Below are positions 1 to 12,174 of a DNA stretch of 64,000 bases, piece after piece. This DNA is from Octopus vulgaris (Eukaryota). The stretch is from the NCBI GenBank assembly GCA_951406725.2, contig OX597830.1:12276001-12340000 (forward strand), in the 5' to 3' direction. The notes under the pieces were generated by a model. The model had not been told where the DNA came from, ran no database searches, and saw only the letters and a program-made list of their open reading frames with translations. A program made the position numbers and the translations under genes. The stretch's first letter is position 1. Each line of letters starts with the position of its first letter.

Positions 1-80
1 CTTTCATCGAAATATGGAACAGAAAATATATCTCAAATCATCGAGTACTCAGTCAAATAGGAAATACAGGAAATACTAAC

Positions 81-271
81 ATTGCAGTTGTAACGTATAA
101 TTTTTACTGTCCGATTTTGACCCATGGGCATTTGAATTTACGATACAGTTGTAGGTTCCTTCGTCTTGTCGTTGAGCATTCTTGATCGTGAGAACACGGT
201 TGAGGTCTGAAAGTGTAGCTCGGGAGGAAATTTCCCCATCAATTTTTTCCCATTTGTATATGAATGGACTC
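81..271 (-). CDS. Cont: Contactin exon: C-terminal part of Ig3 (SPFIYKWEKIDGEISSRATLSDLNRVLTIKNAQRQDEGTYNCIVNS...)
   Basis: Acceptor AG at 273-272 and donor GTTAGT at 80; phase 2 in, phase 1 out; Ig core W and DxGxYxC motifs. Missed by the ORF track. Confidence 0.92.
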
Positions 272-3200
272 CTGTAATGAATAATTTTTTTTTATTTAAA
301 TAAAAAGAAGAGATAAAGAATTTTTCCTGACATTAAAAATAAGCATCAATATGAAACAAAATTATTAAAATATACAATAATTAAATCTGACAAGGAATAA
401 TCGACTATTACCTGTCTAATTATTACCCGAGTACTATATTAAAAAAAAAAAACATTCCGACAAAACTTTAAGCTTGAAGCTGGAAACATTGTGGAATATG
501 TACGAAGCGTGGATACATACATTATATAGTAAAGATTTTAGTAAAGAAACTGAATTAAAGTAGTACTAGACTATAGAATGGATGATTATAATTTGGATTC
601 TTTGGCTCCGATATAGATATATCCATGCAGAAGTTTTCTATGATCAGTCAATAGTTCTTGAATGTAAAACATCAGACGAAAGTTACAAAAGGTGCGAATT
701 CAAATACATGCTATATTCTGAAATTTTTATGCCTTGTTTATTTTTTATTTATTTTCCACTGTTTTTAAAGCATATCACAATGAGGTGAACACTACTTTCA
801 TATCTCTATTAATAAGGTATCTAAATAATATTCAGATATCTTTAGAGTTGAAAATATACCCACTCTTACAAAGTGTGATCTTGTGTTGATTGAAAAAGCA
901 AACAATATTAACTCACGAGAAAGTTCCATACGCAAAACATTCCATTCGTATCTCATCACCAATCATTGGTAAAGACGGGAAAACAGCAATGAATTCATTC
1001 AAAATTTCTGGTCCGAAATTTGCTTTCGAGGCTATTTTGATAAATAAACATAAATATGTATGAATATTTTAATGGTTTAACAACTATCAAAGCAGTCCGT
1101 TAGTTTCAGTGAAAATATGAAATATTTTAAGAGAAAATAATTATCTTCGAACTGAATTTCAGGTTGGACTCACAGCTCAATAAATAATCAAGATTCTAAT
1201 GTTGTTTTATAAAAATAGTTAAACTTACATCCTGTTTTTACTTCAAGTTCAATCTCTTTGCTTATTCTTGATGGGGCTTGGTCGCTGGTCAACTGCAAAT
1301 GACCTGATCCTGACAACGTAACCATACAGTAATATTTTCCAGCATCGGGACCACCTATTTCTGAGAAATATAGACGACCATTGTTCGACATAAACATATA
1401 TTGCTGCCTTTCTGTCTTAATATAGTTTGTTACACTGTCCTTGGTCCACTGGTATCGTAAACCTAAAAATCAGAATAGTTTTCAAAAACATAATTTCACA
1501 ATTTAATAGAGAAAAATTATTACGTACAGATTTCATACATTTGATAAAGACAAGTTCTATAATACATTATACCATTGAAGAGAAACACTGTTAACACACC
1601 AATAATCTAACATCCATAGAAAGCTACACGCATGTATAAATTAAGTGACTAGGCTTCGAACGAGAGATTGTACTCTGGCCTATAGATTGTCAAATGGATT
1701 GATCAATGTAAATAGAATGAAAACTGTTGAGAAGATATTAATACCAGAAGAAATAGAAGCTATCCATGCACACATGCATGAGTCTCGTTCAAAAAGTTGA
1801 CTACTTTAGTAATATTTTCGAATGAAATAGAGTGATTACAGTTTTTAAAGAACTTATGGAAAGCTTTCCAGATGCGCTAAATAGACGGCCTTGACATCCC
1901 CTGGCTGTGAGAAGGAGTATAATTCCTGTATAAATCCCACCAGGTAGGTGGGGTAAATGCTAATTTATTTGTGAAAGAGACCTCGAGGTTCGTAACTTGG
2001 GCAGAGTCCGAGGAGCCCATTGCGATATCGGAGGAGTTTATGGAAGAATTAACGCGACAAGCATTTGTTATAAAAAAACAGGAGTACTTTTTTGTAGCTG
2101 CTAAGATAATTTCGATATCCGACCGAGAAAAGGATGCAAATTTTCTCGCAAAAATTAGAACTTAAGAGTGTCAGCTAAAACGTTCATAGGCTGACTAAGA
2201 TATGTGACCAAATGGGGTTTATATTTCAACATTGCTTCCCTTGAAGTCTACATACTTCTTCCATGGGTATTGTAGTACTTGGATTCCATTGGAGAAGAAG
2301 CTTTCATCCTTTTCGTCAAAAACGTCATCAACAGCAGATATAAACGTCATAATTATTGAGAGATTGATTCTCAGCCAATTGCTTTTTTTTTTCATGTTGG
2401 GGAACAGATGAGAGGCAGAGGGAACCAAATAAGAAGAAAAGAGATAGTGATCAACCAGTTCGAAACCAAGTCAATGCAAGCAGCTATTGAAACCAAGGAC
2501 TTGTGTGCTGATGGAACAAGACTCCTATAGTCAGTTTGTCTGGGCGGTTTGTCTTCATAGACTTTTGTAACTACCCCGGTAAGTTGGCATAGTACTCGCA
2601 ATTGATAATGTGGCCCTTTTCAAGATAGTAAGTTGACATAATGCCTTTTGCAAAACCGAAGCCATCACCTTCGCTGTTGCTGAAACAACCTTAGAAGTGT
2701 TGCTAGGTAATGTAGAAGAGGTATGATGAGTCGAATTTGGGTGTGCTTGTAAATAATCTCGAGTAGTATAAAAGTAAAGAGGATGATGTGTGCATTCGCT
2801 TCGCCGTAGTTACTAGTGTTAATGGTACTAATTGCAGGGGCGTTAGTGGTGTCCCTGCTACTGCTAAGGTAAAAAGTAAGACTTTTCGTGGTTACAGTGT
2901 TACTATCAACTCGATTTTGTAACAACATTTTTGGAGCAGGTGAGGAGGCGGTGTTCCTACTATATGGATTGTCTCTTCGTCTCTGGCTCAAAGGGATGAT
3001 CCCAATGCTCATCCTGGGTTAGGAAGACATTCAAAGAAACCGACTGGATCTCTCTGAAACAATGCCAGATCTCCCCTTGATGTGACTAGCCTGGTGCGCT
3101 TTTGATCAGGTGTTAGAAGTAGAAATCGGGAACGTCCACAAAATTATTAGTGCATAAATAAATACGAAAAGAATCAGAGCATTTTAAGTTAATAATGATA

Positions 3201-6200
3201 ATTATACTATTATTTACTGAATTATTACTGCTACCTTAAAAACTTATTGCATTATTCCGGATTTAATGAATCAAACACATAAGAACATGGTTTGATATCG
3301 GATATTAAGCCTTGAAGGATATTCACCTCCGCATCCTACTTTTTTTCAACCCAAATCCCGAGTATTTACTTTTATTGTGACTTTCTATATATATACAACA
3401 TTTTGCTAATGGGATATATACTATCGACTGACACAGTATTAATATCGAAAGGTAATATTTATGCCCACTTAAGCGTAGGTGTTCTGTTAGAACGAACAAC
3501 TCCGCAGCAGATACTATGAGCATAGTATAATTTGTTCTAAATGAACATGCACAATTAAGTGAGTATAAATACTACATTTTGCTAAAGCATACTATCAAGG
3601 AATGGATGGATGGAAGCACTCCGTCGGTTACGACGACGAGGGTTCCGGTTGATCCGAATCAACGGAACAGCCTGCTCGTGAAATTAACGTGTAAGTGGCT
3701 GAGCACTCCACAGACACGTGTACCCTTAACGCAATTCTCGGGGATATTCAGCGTGACACAGAGAGTGACAAGGCCGGCCCTTTGAAATACAGGTACAACA
3801 GAAACAGGAAGTAAGAGTGAGAGAAAGTTGTGGTGAAAGAGTACAGCAGGGGTCACCACCATTCCCTGCCGAAGCCTCGTGGAGCTTTAGGTGTTTTCGC
3901 TCAATAAACACTCACAACGCCCGGTCTGGGAATCGAAACCGCGATGTACGACCGCGAGTCTGCTGCCCTAACCACTGGGCCATTGCGCCTCAAGGAATAA
4001 CCGTAATGACGAAGAGAAAATTCAAAATTTGAAGTTAGAATATGTATGTAATTAAACACCAAATACATTTTGTCCTGATCTACAGATTCTATCATTCGCC
4101 GGGTTAAGAAAACATGTTAATATCTAAAACGATATAGAGAGTGTACATCTCATAGGTTCTTAGATTAATTAGCATCTTACATTCAGACTTTCAGTAAACC
4201 TTTATTATGAGAAATGAACTTTAGAGTTGATTTATAGAATATTACATTGACAGAACTCTAAATCAATATGAGAAGAAATGGAAATATATGGAATCAATGA
4301 TAATTTACAAGAAATACTAAAAAAATATTACCGGGTTTGCCTTGAATTTTCGGACACTGAATAATTTTATAATTGAAATCCGTAGCAAGTTCTTTTTCAG
4401 GTTTAATGTTGGAGAAATATCCAAGGGCTAAAATAAAAGCATGGGTACTATAGTTTCAAGAGTTGAAATTTTAACGTTTGAAAATCGAATGTAAAATAAA
4501 AATGATTTTACTCTTTTACTCTCTCTTTTACTCTTTTACTCTTTTACTTGTTTCAGTCATTTGACTGTGGCCATCCTGGAGCACCGCCTTTAGTCGAGCA
4601 AATCGACCCCGGGACTTATTCTTTGTAAGCCCAGTACTTATTCTATCGGTCTCTTTTGCCGAACCGCAACGTTACGGGGACGTAAATACACCAGCATCGG
4701 TTGTCAAGCAATGCTAGGGGGACAAACACAGGCACAAAAACATACACACACACACACACACTTATATATATACATATATACGACGGGCTTCTTTCAGTTT
4801 CCGTCTACCAAATCCACTCACAAGGCATTGGTCGGCCCGGGGCTATAGCAGAAGACACTTGCCCAAGATGCCACGCAGTGGGACTGAACCCGGAACCATG
4901 TGGTTTGGTTAGCAAGATATTTACCACACAGCCACTCCTGCGCCTATTATTACTGAACAGTGTTTGTTTTTTCTGTTCCAGATGTTATAAAGTTACATCT
5001 CCTGTATTTGTTTTTACCTTTTGTAAAACGTTTATCACTAACAGATTATTTCAATGCGATGTCTGCTTACTAAATGTAAAACTGTTCTCAGTATATCTTA
5101 CAGTCCAAGGCAGCAAAATGCCATATTCGTTAGCACGCCGGGCAGAATGCTGTCATTCTGAGTTCAAATTCTTTACTTTGCCTTTCATCCTTTCGGGGTC
5201 GATAAATTAAGTACCAGTCGCATACTGAGGTCGATCTAATCGAGTGGGCCCCTTACCTAAAAATTTCGAGCCTTGTGCCTAGAGTAGAAAAGAATACATC
5301 TTACATTCTAAGGTAGCAACATGCCATAATCGCTAGCATGCCGGGCAGAATGCTGTCATTCTGAGTTCAAATTCTTTACTTTGCCTTTCATCCTTTCGGG
5401 GTCGATAAATTAAGTACCAGTCGCATACTGAGGTCGATCTAATCGAGTGGGCCCCCTACCTAAAAATTTCGAGCCTTGTGCCTAGAGTAGAAATGAATAC
5501 ATCTTACATTCTAAGGTAGCAAAATGCCATAATCGCTAGCACGCCGGGCAGAATGCTGTCATTCTGAGTTCAAATTCTTTACTTTGCCTTTCATCCTTTC
5601 GGGGTCGATAAATTAAGTACCAGTCGCATACTGAGGTCGATCTAATCGAGTGGGCCCCCTACCTAAAAATTTCGAGCCTTGTGCCTAGAGTAGAAAAGAA
5701 TACATCTTACATTCTAAGGTAGCCAAATGCCATAATCGCTAGCACGCCGGGCAGAATGCTGTCATTCTGAGTTCAAATTCTTTACTTTGCCTTTCATCAT
5801 TTCGGGGTCGATAAATTAAGTACCAGTCGCATACTGAGGTCGATCTAATCGAGTGGGCCCCCTACCTAAAAATTTCGAGCCTTGTGCCTAGAGTAGAAAA
5901 GAATACATCTTACATTCTAAGGTAGCAAAATGCCATAATCGCTAGCACGCCGGGCAGAATGATGTCGATCTGAGTTCAAATTCTTTACTTTGCCTTTCAT
6001 CCTTTCGGGGTCGATAAATTAAGTACCAGTCGCATACTGAGGTCGATCTAATCGAGTGGGCCCCCTACCTAAAAATTTCGAGCCTTGTGCCTAGAGTAGA
6101 AAAGAATACATCTTATATTCTAAGGTAGCCAAATGCCATATTCGTTAGCACGCCGGGCAGAATGCTGTCATTCTGAGTTCAAATTCTTTACTTTGCCTTT

Positions 6201-8448
6201 CATCCTTTCGGGGTCGATAAATTAAGTACCAGTCGCATACTGAGGTCGATCTAATCGAGTGGGCCCCTTACCTAAAAATTTCGAGCCTTGTGCCTAGAGT
6301 AGAAATGAATACATCTTACATTCTAAGGTAGCAAAATGCCATAATCGTTAGCACGCCGGGCAGAATGATGTCGATCTGAGTTCAAATTCTTTACTTTGCC
6401 TTTCATCCTTTCGGGGTCGATAAATTAAGTACCAGTCGCATACTGAGGTCGATCTAATCGAGTGGGCCCCTTACCTAAAAATTTCGAGCCTTGTGCCTAG
6501 AGTAGAAAAGAATACATCTTACATTCTAAGGTAGCAAAATGCCATAATCGCTAGCACGCCGGGCAGAATGCTGTCATTCTGAGTTCAAATTCTTTACTTT
6601 GCCTTTCATCCTTTCGGGGTCGATAAATTAAGTACCAGTCGCATACTGAGGTCGATCTAATCGAGTGGGCCCCTTACCTAAAAATTTCGAGCCTTGTGCC
6701 TAGAGTAGAAAAGAATACATCTTACATTCTAAGGTAGCCAAATGCCATAATCGCTAGCACGCCGGGCAGAATGCTGTCATTCTGAGTTCAAATTCTTTAC
6801 TTTGCCTTTCATCCTTTCGGGGTCGATAAATTAAGTACCAGTCGCATACTGAGGTCGATCTAATCGAGTGGGCCCCTTACCTAAAAATTTCGAGCCTTGT
6901 GCCTAGAGTAGAAAAGAATACATCTTACATTCTAAGGTAGCCAAATGCCATAATCGCTAGCACGCCGGGCAGAATGCTGTCATTCTGAGTTCAAATTCTT
7001 TACTTTGCCTTTCATCCTTTCGGGGTCGATAAATTAAGTACCAGTCGCATACTGAGGTCGATCTAATCGAGTGGGCCCCTTACCTAAAAATTTCGAGCCT
7101 TGTGCCTAGAGTAGAAAAGAATACATCTTACATTCTAAGGTAGCCAAATGCCATAATCGCTAGCACGCCGGGCAGAATGCTGTCATTCTGAGTTCAAATT
7201 CTTTACTTTGCCTTTCATCCTTTCGGGGTCGATAAATTAAGTACCAGTCGCATACTGAGGTCGATCTAATCGAGTGGGCCCCTTACCTAAAAATTTCGAG
7301 CCTTGTGCCTAGAGTAGAAAAGAATACATCTTACATTCTAAGGTAGCAAAATGCCATATTCGTTAGCACGCCGGGCAGAATGCTGTCATTCTGAGTTCAA
7401 ATTCTTTACTTTGCCTTTCATCCTTTCGGGGTCGATAAATTAAGTACCAGTCGCATACTGAGGTCGATCTAATCGAGTGGGCCCCTTACCTAAAAATTTC
7501 GAGCTTGTGCCTAGAGTAGAAAAGAATACATCTTACATTCTAAGGTAGCAAAATGCCATAATCGCTAGCACGCCGGGCAGAATGATGTCGATCTGAGTTC
7601 AAATTCCGCCGAGGTCAACATTGCCTTTCATCTTTTCGAGGTTCGATAAAATGAGTACTAGCTGAACATTGGAATCGATTAAATCGACTATCCCCTCTTT
7701 CGAAATTGCTGGCCTTGTGCCAAAATTTAAAATCAGTATAATTTGCATTATTAAGGAGGTGACCTAGCAAAACTGTTAGCTTTGCCGCATTTCGTTCGTT
7801 TTTAGGTTTTGGTTTCAAATTCTGCCGAAATCAACTTTGCCTTTCATCTTTTCGGAAGTCGATGAAATAGGTGCCAGTTGTACATTTTAGGCCTTGTACC
7901 TATAGTAGAAAAGAATGAAACTGACATCATTAAGGTGGCGAGCTGGCAGAATCGTTACCACGTCGGACAATATGCTCAGCAGCATTTCGTCCGCCTTTAC
8001 GTTCTGAGTTCAAATTCTACCGTGGTCAACTCTGCTATTCGGGGTAGATAAAAATAAGTTCCAGTTGAGAACTGGGGTCGATGCAAACGACTTCCTCAAC
8101 CCCTCAAAATTGCTGGCCTTGTGCCAAAATAAGAAAAGAATATAACGCATGTCATTTTGAAACCATGATCTTACATTTAAAGCAACGTGATAAAAACTAC
8201 TGTATAGTTTACATATTAAATATCATATACTCTCTTTTACTCTCTTTTACTTGTTTCAGTCATTTGACTGCGGCCATGCTGGAGCACCACCTTTAATTGA
8301 GCAACTCGACCCTGGGACTTATTCTTTGTAAGCCCAGTACTTATTCTATCGGTCTCTTTTGCCGAACCGCTAAGTGACGGGGACATAAACACACCAGCAT
8401 CGGTTGTCAAGCAATGCTAGGGGGACAAACACAGACACACAAACACAC

Positions 8449-8479
<31 letters not shown>

Positions 8480-9301
8480 CATACATACGACAGGCTTCTT
8501 TCAGTTTCCGTCTACCAAATCCACTCACAAGGCATTGGTCGGCCCGGGGCTATAGCAGAAGACACTTGCCCAAGATGCTACGCAGTGGGACTGAACTCGG
8601 AACCATGTGGCTGGTTAGCAAGCTACTTACCACACAGCCATTCCTGCGCCTATATGCATGAGAGATTTATATAAAGCAGTGATAGTTCCTTTTCTAATGA
8701 AAAAGAAATATTGATGTGCAGATTAAATGCAAATATTGAACACTTAAAAAAAGAAACTTGCAGATCAACACTGATTGAAAAAAATTCTAGTTATCTGTTT
8801 GTAGTTGGTGGAAAAAAGAGTATCGTAAATAAAATTCATTTTTTTCTTTATTCCTTTATTCCAATCCAAATTATAATTATAATATTATCCCTACCTCTTA
8901 CTTGGATAAAAGAAGAAAATATATAGATATGGCTGTGGGGTAACAAGTTTGCTTCCCAACCACATGGATCTAGGTTCAGTCCCACTGCGTAGCACCTTGG
9001 GCAAGGCAAGTTCCTTCTAATACAGTCTCGGGTCGACCAAATCCTTGTGAGTGGATTTGGTAGACGGAAAGAAGCCCGACGTGTGCTTATTTATATATTC
9101 TTTTACTTGTTTCAGTCATTTGACTGTGGCCATGCTGGAGCACCGCCTTTAATCGAGCAAATCAACCTCAGGACTTATTCTTTGTAAGCCTAGTACTTAT
9201 TCAATCGGTCTCTTTTGCCGAACCGCTATGTTACGGACACGTAAGTACACCAACACCAGTTTCAAGCGATGGTGGGGTAACAAACACAGACACAGAAATA
9301 G

Positions 9302-9338
<37 letters not shown>

Positions 9339-9574
9339 CACGACGGGCTTCTTTCAGTTTCTGTCTATCAAATCCACTCACAAGGCCTTGGTCGGCCCAA
9401 GGCTATAGTAGAAGACATTTGCCAAAGGTGTCATGCAGTAGGACTGAACCCGGAACCGTGAGGCTGGGAAGCAAGCCTCTAACCACACAGCCACTCTTGT
9501 ACCTAGTTTCTTACCACACACCCATTCCTTCGCCTTATATATATGACGGGCTTCTTTACGCGCGCGCGTGTGTA

Positions 9575-9669
<95 letters not shown>

Positions 9670-12129
9670 GTGTGTGTGTGTGTGTGTGCCTGTGTTTGTC
9701 CTCCACCAATGCTTGACAACAAGTGTTGATATCTTCATGTCTCCATAACTTAGATGTTCGGCGAAAGACCCCGAAAGAATAAGTACCAGGCTTATAAAAA
9801 AAAAACTAAGTATTGGGCTCAATTCGTTCAACTAAAAGTTCTTAAAGGTAATGCCTCAGCATGGCCGCAGTCTAATGACTGAAACAAGTAAAGAAGATAA
9901 TAAAAATAAAGATACACGCAAATACTTAATAGAACAATAGACTACATAAAGCTATTGAAGGTGAAAGTGACAAAAACAAAAAAAAACAGTACAGACCCTT
10001 CAAAATCTCAGTTAAAATACTAATACTTACAACCTGCTGTGAGTTGTGCGTTGGTACTATAAATTGAACCGAATTCATTCGATGCTTCACACCTATAGTC
10101 AGTTGCCGAATCAGAAGCTTGCGGAGTAGTAATAGAGAGTCGCCCATTAGTTACTGTGTACCGATTGTTGACTGTAGACGAAAGTTCTTGGCTTCCTTTG
10201 TACCATTTATATTTTACTTGCGGATTTCCAGTTGCCAAGCATTCAAGTACGACGGACTCGTCTACGTCCAACACAAAAACGGTATTGTTTGGCTCCATTT
10301 TCATTATAGGACCTCTTTTTATGTTGTTTTTATTTCTCACTTCAACACCATAATCTGAAAAAATGCTTTGGTTGGCAGTTTACGAAGCAAACGTTATCTA
10401 TGGTAATGCTTTACGTGAATTTACTGAATTTAACACTAATTTAATTAACTTTCATAAGACTGGCTTCAAAGAAACACCTGGAGAAATATCAATAAAAATA
10501 ACATTCAAATTTAGACCTTATGAAAATAATGTGTTAAGCGATCCGCTGATGTATATTGAACAGAATGTGGATCTTTTCGGTTTGAACAGCAGTTTTTAAC
10601 ATAATTTCTAGGTAACTAAAAAATTTTAAACTTCTTATACTGGTAGAATGTGTTTATAAAACATCTTTTTCTCTTGGCTTTATTGAGAAAATTCTATAGT
10701 TTGTAAGATATTTGTTGTTGTTTTTCTTCAATTTCTGCAATTTCAACCAATCAGTGACGTCTATTGAGTTAAAAAGCATTCTGTGCCGTATGAATATGTC
10801 CCTCGTTTAAGAAACAGATTGGGTTTATTTACATTTGTGAAGAAAAAAGATACCCTTCCCCCACCCCTAACTAACCCTAACCCTAAAAGAGATTGAAATG
10901 CAATAGATCGATTCTAGGGTCATAATTATGGGTGACAATTTCATATGACACCGCTAGAAAAAACTGCCGTTCAAACCGAAAAGACCCCAGAATGCTTCTA
11001 GTTTCACATATTAGAAATAATTGTATTGCGGAAAACGATATATTTTAGTGATAAATTAGGTCTAAAATCTAGCAATATTAACATAAAAATGCATGCTGTT
11101 CATTAAAAACGTGTTAAACTAATTACATCGCAGTTAAATATCCACATTTTCGTATTTTGACTGTAAAAGGTCACTTACCTAATCCTGTGTCCTTTTCCAA
11201 TATTCGATACGTTTCATCTTGACTTATTTCGCAAATGTATGAGTGCACATCATTCTTTTTAGCAACAGACCAGCCAAAGTTATTACCTGAAATATACGTA
11301 AGGATATATAATTAGAATTTACATGTGGAGGCACATGACCTAGTGGTTAGAGCAGCGGATTCGCGGTCGAGGGATCGCGGGTTCGAATCTCAGACTGGGC
11401 AATATGTGTGTTTATGAGCGAAACACCTAAGCTCCACGCAGCTCCGGCAGAAGGTAATGGCGAAACTTCTGCTGTCTCTTTCGCCACAACTTTCTCTCAC
11501 TCTTTCCTCTTGCAGCTCACCTGTGATGGACCGGCGTCCCGTCCAGGTGGGGAACCTATATGCCAAGAAACCGGGAACACCAGCCCTTATGAGCCAGACC
11601 TGGCTCGAGAAGGAACAACCAAAATACCACCATTTACAATATATAATTTAATTCGAAAAAAAGATCTTTTTACCTCATGAGGCATAAAATATGTGCTTCT
11701 TATTCACTTGATATTAAGAAAGCACTCTTTATGTCATTGCTGCGAAACCAGCACATCCTATTTTAGTTATTTAACCCCCAGTGCATCGTATTTTATCACT
11801 TTTAATATACGCTACATCTCTCTATTTTAATGTGTTTTCTGATTTCTCCTTAATGCTTGTAATTCTGCCAATATATTCATTTGGTTTATTCTTCTTAATT
11901 CTTCTCATTATTGTGTTTCATTCGTGCAACAGAGAACACAAAGAATTAGAACTTATTTGCAACAGTCGCAGGAGTGGCTGTGTGGTAAGTAGCTTGCTAA
12001 CCAACAACATGGTTCCGGGTTCAGTCCCACTGCGTGGCATCTTGGGCAAGTGTCTTCTGCTATAGCCTCGGGCAGACCAATGCCTTGTGAGTGGATTTGG
12101 TAGACGGAAACTGAAAGAAGCCTGTCGTA

Positions 12130-12174
<45 letters not shown>

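Noticed and set aside
5107-7600. Regular repeat array as a possible CRISPR locus
   Set aside because: Units are contiguous 203-bp near-identical copies with no unique spacers, derive from a SINE, and lie in a eukaryotic intron with no cas genes.
10855-10890. CCCTAA repeats as evidence of a chromosome end or fusion
   Set aside because: Only a few units, and they are internal to a MITE present twice in the window.
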